Source: a virus | Taxonomy: Duplodnaviria > Caudoviricetes | Strand: one strand, 5' to 3' | Length of the DNA stretch: 40,699 nt | Virus record (IMG/VR): IMGVR_UViG_3300031519_000063 | Span: 1 to 40,699 of that record | Part shown: positions 16,921-26,700 of the stretch, in pieces | How positions within the stretch are numbered: position 1 is the stretch's first letter | How the letters are laid out: every line of letters starts with the position of its first letter | Program-made: the position numbers and the translations under genes | The notes under the pieces: model-generated | The model's database searches: none | Told to the model about the DNA's origin: nothing | The model's input: only the letters and a program-made list of their open reading frames with translations

Positions 16921-18921
16921 CTACTGCTTCCCATTTGTAGATTTACCTGTCGGTGTTACTCCAGATTTCAATTGTGCGAGTACGATCTCCAAAGGTTTAA
17001 TTGCTAACTTCATTTGGGTATCCAGATCTTTTATCCTTTCGGCTAGATATGCCGCCTTTGCTTTTTTATCCATATCACCTGTCAACACGACATTAGCTAC
17101 TGCTAAATCAGCAATCTGCTTGGGCCTTTTAGCTTGTATGTCAGCCATTTTTTTAACTATATCAGCTATAGCCTTATTTTTGTTCTGTGCGGCATTAGCT
17201 TGTGCCGTTAATCTAGCCGACGCCATAGTAACATCATTTACTGAGTTCTGGATTATTTCCCTAGTTTTGGCATTATATTGTGCAATACTTTTATTGGACT
17301 CTATAAGCGCCCTTTTATCTGCACTACTCATACTTGCTTTCTGTGCGTCTAATGCACGTTGTTGATCTGCATTTAGATTTCTTCCTTGATCTGTCATACT
17401 TTGTTGTATAGCCCGCGTAACTTCGGCATCAAGTTGAGCATTAGACGCTGTTGTTGTCCTTTGTACATCTAAGGCTTTACCAGCAATTCCCCTGTCCGCC
17501 GCAATTCCCCCGGTTTGTATTTCTTCTTGTCGCGTAAGCGCATTCCGAGCTAAACGAGCAGTATTATCCATATCTCTAACTGCGCTAGCGCCATATTCTC
17601 TAAGCACAGGGCCGGACCCCATACCTGCGGTAATCCGCAGAAACCTATTATCTGCTCTTCCTGCCGCTTGTTTTTCCGCTAAAGCCTGCCGTTGGGCTAG
17701 CATGGCAGCATATTGTTCCTGCACACCACCTCTATTACTAAAGTCTGCTGCGTCATCACGAGCGCGTGTAGCTCCACCTACCCGACCTGCTTTTTCAGCA
17801 AGTAGCCCTTTGTTGGAAGCTGCTTGCCTCGTTGCTAATGCGTTTTGTAAGCCCCGTATTCTAGGATCATCAGCGGTAAGTCCTCCAGTAGCAGGCTCTT
17901 GAGTAGTAGACATATTTACGCCACCTATATCTGCCCTCGGTACCTGTTGTAGCGCCGCCCCACCCGTATTAGGAGGTGGGGTATTCATAGGCCGGTTATT
18001 CAAAGTAGAAGGAGGAGGAGGAGGAGGAGGAGGAGGAGGAGGACTCCCAAAGTTGTTGACGTTAGCAGGTAAGGTGGGTAGGCCCGCGCGATGCGTTGCC
18101 AACATACTATCAAAACCAGCCCCGGCTTTCCTTTCAGTTTCTGAGACTTGATAATCACGCTCTGCCCGCGCTGCCCTATCGAGCATAGGGGGTCCGCCGC
18201 GACCTTTCGGAAAAAGACTAACTGGGTTCCTAATCTGCCTAACAATCTCTGCGTCAGGCGTGACATCAATAGGTCGTCGATGAGACGGTAATTTTGCCCG
18301 ATAAGCGTCTATCTCTGCTTGGGAAATGACAGCCGAAACGGGAGCAGGACCAAAATCATCTTCAAACTGTGCCATATCTGCAGCTTTAACTTCACCACGG
18401 CCAGCAAAACCAATAATACCACCACCAGCCATACGCTGCATATTCGGCGCACCTTGCATGATGATACCACCACTAGCAGCCATCTGAGTAGCACCCTGCG
18501 GGGGGCCTTGCGGGGGGCCTTGCGGAGCCATTTGAGGACCCTGTGGAGCACCTTGAGCACCCTGTGCCATACGCTGCATATTCTGCTGCTGTTTCTGCTG
18601 CTGCAGTTGGGCAATACCACCGACCTGTTCGGCTTTTTCTGAGGTGTTTTGCCCTACTGTTAGGTCTTTTAGTTCTTTAGCGCGCTGCTCCAGTACAGTA
18701 CCCGGCTCTTCAGGCTTCATAGCTAGCCGCATTTCGGCTTCTTTTTCTTTTACCTTCTTCATAACGTCATTTAACGCTAAAAGCGTAGCAATATCAGGCT
18801 TCCCTTCTTGTGCCGACTTCTGATAACTTTGTTGTAACTGTTGGGGAGTATTGCTATCACGCAAGTCAGCAGCCTGCTGACCTATCCCGCCCATCCCATT
18901 CATCATATTACCGAAAGCCAT
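16921..18921 (-). CDS. Putative internal virion/ejection protein (Q/A/P-rich, coiled coil)
   Basis: Start moved to ATG 18921, 1 nt after the upstream stop; MAASGG and MAGGG motifs; poly-Pro; helical C-terminus. Confidence 0.65.
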   Translation of the reverse strand: MAFGNMMNGMGGIGQQAADLRDSNTPQQLQQSYQKSAQEGKPDIATLLALNDVMKKVKEKEAEMRLAMKPEEPGTVLEQRAKELKDLTVGQNTSEKAEQVGGIAQLQQQKQQQNMQRMAQGAQGAPQGPQMAPQGPPQGPPQGATQMAASGGIIMQGAPNMQRMAGGGIIGFAGRGEVKAADMAQFEDDFGPAPVSAVISQAEIDAYRAKLPSHRRPIDVTPDAEIVRQIRNPVSLFPKGRGGPPMLDRAARAERDYQVSETERKAGAGFDSMLATHRAGLPTLPANVNNFGSPPPPPPPPPPPSTLNNRPMNTPPPNTGGAALQQVPRADIGGVNMSTTQEPATGGLTADDPRIRGLQNALATRQAASNKGLLAEKAGRVGGATRARDDAADFSNRGGVQEQYAAMLAQRQALAEKQAAGRADNRFLRITAGMGSGPVLREYGASAVRDMDNTARLARNALTRQEEIQTGGIAADRGIAGKALDVQRTTTASNAQLDAEVTRAIQQSMTDQGRNLNADQQRALDAQKASMSSADKRALIESNKSIAQYNAKTREIIQNSVNDVTMASARLTAQANAAQNKNKAIADIVKKMADIQAKRPKQIADLAVANVVLTGDMDKKAKAAYLAERIKDLDTQMKLAIKPLEIVLAQLKSGVTPTGKSTNGKQ
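18010..18042 (-). repeat. Perfect (CCT)11 trinucleotide repeat encoding 11 prolines
   Basis: The + strand reads as an uninterrupted GGA/AGG run at 18010-18043. Confidence 0.95.
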
Positions 18922-18922
18922 A

Positions 18923-19843
18923 TTATGAAGTCCCTGTTGTACCACTGCCGCCAAAAACTTTACCTACAAGATCCATAATCCCACCGCCGCTACCAGACCC
19001 TCCACCAAATAAATCTGAATACAGTTGCGCGCCCGACGCAGAACCCCCAACAATGTTGTTGTACGCACTTGGCTGGGCATAAGTATAGTTTTGGGCTTTT
19101 AGTGGAAGTCCACTTAACAGTTGTTGTTGGTAGGAAACCATCTTATAGGGGTTATACCGCTCTTCTTCAAACTGTGCTCTATCTGCAGCAATACCTTGGG
19201 CTTCAATATCGCGTTGCTGTTGGCCTAATGCTGCTTGCTGCTGCAACGCAGCTAATCCGAAGGTATTAGTTATACCTTGAGCATCGCGTTCCCTATCTTG
19301 ATCCGTATTAAATTGCTGGCGCGCATCGTTGTATGCCTGTAACTGGGCTTCACCCCTTGTACGCGCTATCCTGTCCAACAACCCTCTAGATAACTCGCCC
19401 TCCATAACAGCTTGCCGCCCACCGCCATAGGCACCCGCCTGCCCTAGCCTTCCTGCATTCTCTATACGCTGAATCTCTGCCTGCCGCCGCATGTCCGCTA
19501 TTTGGGGGTTTAGTGCATTCTGTACAAATGGGTTTATTCGGCTTGCTGCTTCTGTAGAAGTAAATTCTTGGGGGGTAAACGCCCCCATCTGTTGAGTAGG
19601 TACAGTTAGGTTAGCAACACCCTGAAATGCCTGTGTTTGGGGGGCAGACTGCCCCGCTGTTAACTGTCCTGTATATGCCTCATAAGGTAGCTCTGATACT
19701 GCCTTCCCTTTCCCAAGCATATCAGTGACGTAAGGCCCCACCCAATTAGATAAGGCAGATTCCACACCCGTCTGCTTACCTAAATCTCCGGGGTTATCGG
19801 TAGTAGCAGGCGTTTTAAGTGGTGGTTCTAAAGTTGTATTCAT
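18923..19843 (-). CDS. Putative DNA transfer/ejection (pilot) protein
   Basis: Q/A-rich helical protein with INPFVQNAL and GAYGGGRQAV motifs typical of podovirus ejection proteins; Gly-rich amphipathic C-terminus. Confidence 0.65.
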   Translation of the reverse strand: MNTTLEPPLKTPATTDNPGDLGKQTGVESALSNWVGPYVTDMLGKGKAVSELPYEAYTGQLTAGQSAPQTQAFQGVANLTVPTQQMGAFTPQEFTSTEAASRINPFVQNALNPQIADMRRQAEIQRIENAGRLGQAGAYGGGRQAVMEGELSRGLLDRIARTRGEAQLQAYNDARQQFNTDQDRERDAQGITNTFGLAALQQQAALGQQQRDIEAQGIAADRAQFEEERYNPYKMVSYQQQLLSGLPLKAQNYTYAQPSAYNNIVGGSASGAQLYSDLFGGGSGSGGGIMDLVGKVFGGSGTTGTS

Positions 19844-19852
19844 TCTACGCTC

Positions 19853-20758
19853 CTACACGGGCATCATCTTATTAGGGTTTATCTGTGTACCTTGTTTTTT
19901 AGTACCAGTGCGAGCCATACGTACACGATCCATCATATTATACAGAGTTTTGGCACCAGCGCTAGAGTTTCCATTACCTAGGCCACCTACAACATCTGCA
20001 GGTATTACAAACTCACCATCGCTCAATCGGGCTTCTTGGCTACCTTCAATAGTAGCGGGTATTCTATCAGCCATACCATCACTAGCGCCATTTAAATATG
20101 CCCCACTATTAAGCTGGGCTATACCCCCTGCATACATTTGCGTTGGCGGCGTTGGAGTTATTTTATTAGCCTGCCCTGTTCGAGTTAAATATGCTTCGTA
20201 GGCATCATCTATTCTAATTGACGATGGTCCGGGCCGAAAATATTTCCTCGGGGCCATATCCTGCGTGCCCACCATAGGCAGTGCCTGATATTCAGTGGAG
20301 CCAAAAAATCCCGGTTCTACATTTGGGTTCATACTAGCTTGTTGGACAGCTATATTATTATCCCTTCTTGGCCCTACTACACCGGGCGCGGGATATCCTC
20401 TTGGTGGTAAAGAACTTTGGATATTAGGATTGGCCGCATTAAGTGCCGCTAGTCCTGCAGTATCTGCAGCGGGGCCTTCAAAATTTACGTCCGTAAAATA
20501 CCGTTGCCCACTACTACCGGGGCGGCGTGCGGGGTTATTCGTGCCGGGGACTCTAGTTCTAGCTGCTACGTAATCTGGAATACCACCTTGGTACCCTGCC
20601 TCCTCAACTTTAGGATCATTACCCCCTAGAAATTGAACGGCTGCACTTGTACCAAGCCCCAAAAGGTTTTTAGCGGCAGGGGTATCCCACCAATCTGTAG
20701 CAGTGGCCGTCGAAGAGGAAGAACCCCCTACAGATTCGCCGTTATTATCATTTGCCAT
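19853..20758 (-). CDS. Putative virion protein with tape-measure-like C-terminal AGG...D.IPA..LSDGEFV module
   Basis: MYAGGIA...GASDGMADRIPATIEGSQEARLSDGEFVIPADVV; GAGG-type SD. Confidence 0.65.
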   Translation of the reverse strand: MANDNNGESVGGSSSSTATATDWWDTPAAKNLLGLGTSAAVQFLGGNDPKVEEAGYQGGIPDYVAARTRVPGTNNPARRPGSSGQRYFTDVNFEGPAADTAGLAALNAANPNIQSSLPPRGYPAPGVVGPRRDNNIAVQQASMNPNVEPGFFGSTEYQALPMVGTQDMAPRKYFRPGPSSIRIDDAYEAYLTRTGQANKITPTPPTQMYAGGIAQLNSGAYLNGASDGMADRIPATIEGSQEARLSDGEFVIPADVVGGLGNGNSSAGAKTLYNMMDRVRMARTGTKKQGTQINPNKMMPV

Positions 20759-20759
20759 C

Positions 20760-23700
20760 TTACCTACCTCCTAATATACGTAGTATTTCGTCTGTTGGGT
20801 CCATTATAAGCCCTCCCTTAGCAGCGGCAAGTGGCATTGGCTCGGCACCCCCTTGGCCAAATAGAGTATCAAACGAATTTTCATTAGCAAATATACTATC
20901 ACCAAAGGGATCATAAGGTGCATCTATCTCGGCAACATCTGGTGTCTCTACTGTGGTCTGCGGCGTCTGTTGTAACGCGGCCATAAGTTGTTGTTGCTCT
21001 GCTTCCTGCCGCCTTTGGTTATCCGCCGCTTGCTGATTCGCTATTGCTGTAGCTATCTGCGTTTGTGTCTGTTGTTGAGCCGCCGCTTGTTGAGCCGCTT
21101 GCTGGGCCGCCGCTTGTTGAGCCGCCTGTTGAGCTTCTGCTGCTGTATTAGCCGCCTGTTGAGCTGCTTGTTGAGCCGCTGCTTGTTGAGCTGCTTGCTG
21201 GGCCGCTGCTTGTTGAGATGCTTGCTGGGTCGCTTCCTGGGCTGCTTGTTGAGCCGCTGCTGTATTAGCCGCCGTCTGTGTTGCCGTGTTTCTTGTTGCA
21301 ACACTTTGATCTATTAGCTGCCCCTGTAGCCCGGTACTAGCAAAGGGGTTTGTATTAGATAGTGTTGATGAGGATAGCGTACCTGCAAAAATCTGTTGAA
21401 GGATCTCTTGGTCAGTAATATCTACAAAACCATCATTATTTACATCATAGATTGTTTGCTCTGATGTAAGCGCGGGTGCATTGCTCTGCCCCTGTTGGTC
21501 TATAATACCTGAATAGGAATCTAAATCAGATTGCGTAACTTCCCGCCCACGCACACCTATTCTATCACTTATATCGCCTTGTGCCGCAGCAATTTCGTTA
21601 AACCTACCACCAGTCTGATTCTGGAAGGTGTCAAAGTCTGACGCCGCTGTGGCCCTTTCATCTGCAGCGGTATTAAACTGTGTGGTAGTAGCTTCTTTAT
21701 TTGCGGTAGCTTGGTTATATAAGTCGTTATATTGTTCGGTAGTACCTTGAAAATTACTATTAACAAGATTCTGTAGAGCCGTATCTGCTTCTTCACTAGC
21801 CGTTCTAGCATCGTTAAACTTTTTATCACTGTCTGCAAAACCGCTGGTAACCCGATCCCCTATCCCAGTAAGTCTAGTATCAAATTTATTCTGGTAGTTT
21901 AATGCGTTTGCAGCGTTGGTGGCTCTTTCATCTGTAGCGATATTAAACTGGGCGGTAGCAGCTTCTTTATCCGCGATAGCTTGGTTATATAAGTCGTTAT
22001 ATTGTTCGGTAGTACCTTGGAAATTACTATTAACAAGATTCTGTAGAGCCGCATCTGCTTCTTCACTGGCCGTTCTAGCGTCATTAAGTTTATTATCGGT
22101 GTTCTCCGCATTCTGGGTAATCAACGACCCCAACGAGACAATTCTACCCTCGTAGCTTTTTAAAGATTCCGCTGCCTCGGCCCTTTCATCTGCAGCGGCC
22201 TTAAACTGAGCATCGGTATTGGCTACGTTCTGCGTGAGCTTTGCCTCTAACGCAGTAAACTGAGCCTCGGTACCCTCAAATTGAGCATTAAATTTGGTAG
22301 TAACAAAATCCTGTAGGGCTTTATTTGCTGTTTCATTAGCCGTTTTAGCATCGTTAAACTTTTTATCGCTGTCTGCAAAACCGCTGGTAATCCGATCCCC
22401 GATCCCAGTAAGTCTAGTATCAACTTTATTCTGGTAGTCTAATGCGGATTTATCTGCAGCAGCTCTTTCATCTGCAGCGGCCTTAAACTGAGCATCGGTA
22501 TTGGCTACGTTCTGGGTAAGCTCTGCTTTTAACGCAGTAAACTGAGCCTCGGTACCCTCAAATTGAGTAGTAAATTCAGCAGTAACAAGATCCTGTAGGG
22601 CTTTATTTGCTGTTTCATTAGCCGTTTTAGCCTCGTTAAATCTTGTATTAGTATTCTCCGCATTCTGGGCAAGTTTAGCATCAATTTTATTCTGGTAGTC
22701 TAATGCGGATTTATCTGCAGAAGCTCTTTCATCTGCAGCTTTCTGTAACTGAGCATCGGTATTGGCTACGTTCTGGGTAAGCTCTGCTTTTAACGCAGTA
22801 AACTGAGCCTCGGTACCCTCAAATTGAGTAGTAAATTCAGCAGTAACAAGATCCTGTAGGGCTTTATTTGCTGTTTCATTAGCCGTTTTAGCCTCGTTAA
22901 ATCTTGTATTAGTATTCTCCGCATTCTGGGCAAGTTTAGCATCAATTTTATTCTGGTAGTCTAATGCGGATTTATCTGCAGAAGCTCTTTCATCTGCAGC
23001 GGCCTTAAACTGAGCATCGGTATTGGCTACGTTCTGGGTAAGCTCTGCTTTTAACGCAGTAAACTGAGCATCGGTACCCTCAAATTGAGTAGTAAATTCA
23101 GCAGTAACAAGATCCTGTAGGGCTTTATTTGCTGTTTCATTAGCCGTTTTAGCCTCGTTAAATCTTGTATTAGTGTTCTCTGCATTCTGGGCAAGTTTAG
23201 CATCAATTATAGCTTCAAGCCCATCGTCCCCCCCTTGTGGGTCCCGCGCAAGATTATAAGTAGCTGCGGGTAGATAAGAATCTATATTAGCAGCTAATTG
23301 AGTTTCGTCACCTAGCCCAATAAATTTATCTATATCAGATTGAGCTGGATTTGTTATCCCCAAATCTAGATAAGCCTGCCTAGCTTCACTTTCTTTGATA
23401 TACCTAGGATCAATATCCGATGTAATATTACCAAATATAGTGTCCTGATGTGTAGGATCATTACTCACACCTACATACTTGGCAACTTCTGCATCAAACG
23501 CAGCCACACCGCCCGGATCATCAGGTTTGGTGTAGCCCTCGGCTTCAATCGCTGCTGTTGCTTCCTCTGAGGTTACTTCACGTTTATTGCGGTAGTCTTT
23601 AGCAACCTCAATTTGAGCAAGATTATAGCCTTCATCTCCTTGCCCAATAAGACCTTTTTTTTGTCCTAGTGTAAGGGTATTAAATAAATCTGAACCCAAC

Positions 23701-26700
23701 GCAGCTTCTAAATTCCCTTCAGTAAACTGACGGGGAGGTATATACTCATTCTGTAGATAAGCTATCGCCGCCGCTTGTTCTTCAGAAGTTCCTACACCTA
23801 AACCCGGTATGACTTCATTAGCACCAAAATTATATCCCGGCACCGCAGCTAGAGCTTCAGGTCTAGTAAAGGCATTCTCACTAATTATGTTAGTGATTGC
23901 TTCAGTAGTATCTAGGGCAGTATCTGGCGAAGTAGGTCCAGTTAATTGAAGAATCTCGCTGTCAGAAGGATCGTAAGATACCCCTAAGTCAGCACTGATC
24001 TCTGAGTAGTAACCCCCCACTTCTTCTGATGTATTATAGTCATCGGGGGATACTTTATTTAGGACCTCAGTTGCAATATCATAAAAATAGACCCCATCAG
24101 CATCGGTACTAAAGTCTAAATCTGTGTAATTCCCGGTATCAGAACGCGCATCATAACCAAATATTTCTTCAGTACGAGCTATAGCTGCGGCTCTTACATC
24201 TGGGTTATCAGAACGCCCATCTATTATGGCTTGGGATATAGGTGGGCTAAAGGATGCAAGTATATCTACCGCTGTAAATACACTACCTCCTAAACCGTTG
24301 AAGTTGAGACCACCGAAAGGGGTTCTACCACCAGATCCGGGCGTGCCCCCATCAGGTATAGAAAGTCCCAATATGTTTAAACCTGCACCCACACCAGCTC
24401 CTGCAAAAAATGCTTCTACTGCAATAGCATTCCGCCGGTTTACAAAATTATGGTACGGACCCCCCACCTCACCCGCTTCAGGAGTTAACCCTATTACTAC
24501 GTTTGCAATATCTGTATATGTTTGGCTTTCTTCATAGGCTTCAGCAGCCCCCTCTGCCAGACTTTTTGCGCCTGCCTTTAAGAGAGCTTTTCCTGAAACC
24601 CCACCAGCCCTATCTACAATCTTTTTACTAAGTAGTGCAGTCGGATTTAAACCCCCTGTAACTGCTTCTGTTGCAGATGCTTTAATAGCTATTCTAGCTG
24701 ACTCTGTATGTGCTGTCTGTATAGCTTGCTGTTCAGATTGCCCCGCTTTTATCGCAGCGTCATAAATTTTATCAAAAGCCTCAAAATAAGTACCTCCGCC
24801 AGTTTCTGCAACGGCCAAACCAATTTCAGTCGCGAATGCTGTTTGGCCCCCAAGTATCTTTGCAGTTGCAGCTTTTCCCGCCCTTCTTGCGGCAAAGTAA
24901 GTAAGTCCACCAGTTGCTGTCGATGCAACTAATGGGACTATTTCTGAAAATAGTTCTGGTAAAACTATACCCATTATAACGGTATAGGGATTATCTAATG
25001 CAAACTTCGCGACTCCCCCCGCACCTTCTTCTCCAGCGGCTTTAAGTGCAGCTATACCCTCTTTAAGTTTTTTTGATTGGGTAGCATTAATTACGGTATT
25101 TAACGCTTTTAAGGTAGCATCTATATTTTTAGGTTGACCAATACCTGTATACGGGTCCTCAAGAGAACCAGCACCTTTAGTTTTTGACCGCTCGACCCAG
25201 TTTACAAGTCCAGTCAATGAGGCAAACTGTTCTGTCCCTGCTGATATAAGGGCAGCACCTATATCTTTAAGGTATGTATATTCGGTTAGTTGTGCTTCAG
25301 TCCTAATAGGGTTATCCCAAGTACCCCCATTTAAATCCCTAGTAAGATCATTTATTTTTACGGCTACATTTATAAGTGCACGGTCTGTCGAGTTAAATTT
25401 CTTCAGGTCGTCATCAGATAACTCTTCGCCTAATCGCGTTACTTCATATAAATATAGTTCGGGATCTAGAATCCTTAATTCTTTTAGTGAAAGACTTTTT
25501 GGACGTGCAGCATCTGTCCAAGGATCACGCGCAGCGTCGGGGCTTGTATAACCTAACTTTATACCCCTAACTCTATTGGCTTCTGCTTCTTCTTTTTTTG
25601 CGTTAGCTTGTAGTAATATCTCCCAATCTGAAGTTTCTGTATCAAACCTTTTTGCTGTATCATTCGTAAGTATACGTAAATTATTATAGTTCCCCCCTAA
25701 TTTACTTCCTACTGTTGTATACCTACCTTCTTGTGCACCGTATTCTAAGTCTGACGCTAGAAAATCTAGGGGGTCTTGTCCATTTTGTACCGCGTATTCA
25801 AAATCCCCTACATAGTTTATAGCTTCCATGGCAGCTTTCCCACGAGCTATTCTTTCTTCTATAATTGATCTTGGGCTAGGTCTAGAACTTCCTACTTCTC
25901 CGTAGTCTGAGTCATCAGAGAATGCCTTTTTTGTCTCTTCCTCCTCATTTCCAAGGCCAAAGAAACTACCAATATTACTCCATAAAGCTTTTTTTGTTTC
26001 CTCTAAAGGGATTGTACTATCAATAAATGCTCCAACGTCCGCTGCAGTCTTGATTATACCTTCATCTAAATTTTTAGTAGCTTGGGTAAAAAACCCTGAA
26101 GTATCTTCCCAAGTTTGCTCTATTGAATTTGATATACTAAAATCTCTATCATATTCAGTAGTAGATTCACCAGTTAATATATTAATTGGATAGTCAACCT
26201 CTGAAGGATAAAAAGTTCCGTCTGAAGTTGCCCATATATCAGTCTCAACAACGGAATCTAAAGGTAAAACAGAATAAAACTTTAGTTGCCCTGTAGCCTT
26301 TAGCTCTGCCACTTGTGACCGAGATAGATTTTCACCTCCAAGTACTTTTGACTCATATGGTTCTTCTAAAGATGTGTCTGTTGGGTCATAGTCTGTTTGT
26401 ATACTGTTGAAGACTGTTTTGCCTGATGCAGTAATTACTTCAGGAGTAAGCTCAGAAGCCGTGGTCTTCAAGCTGGGATCAATATTACCCTGCACGCCCG
26501 TTACATAGTCATCATAGGCTTTCTCTAAGTAGTCTGCGCGTACTTTAGCCTTAGCTTCTTTAGAGCCTGCACTCTTATATGCGTCTATATTCTCAAAATC
26601 AGCTATTGATTTTAACTGCTGTAAAACAGGTTCAGGTATATTCTTATATATAGCCTCTTTAACCTGCCGGTTATTCTCTTCATAGTTAACGGCATTCTTT

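Noticed and set aside
13562-17365. Long + strand ORFs (139-252 aa) antisense to the ejection genes
   Set aside because: They are Ser/Ala-rich shadow frames of low-complexity coding sequence, with no SD or recognisable motifs.
20760-20790. C-terminus LRILGGR resembling ubiquitin LRLRGG
   Set aside because: There is no beta-grasp domain upstream and no E1/E2/JAB genes; the GGAGG-containing codons double as the SD of the next gene.
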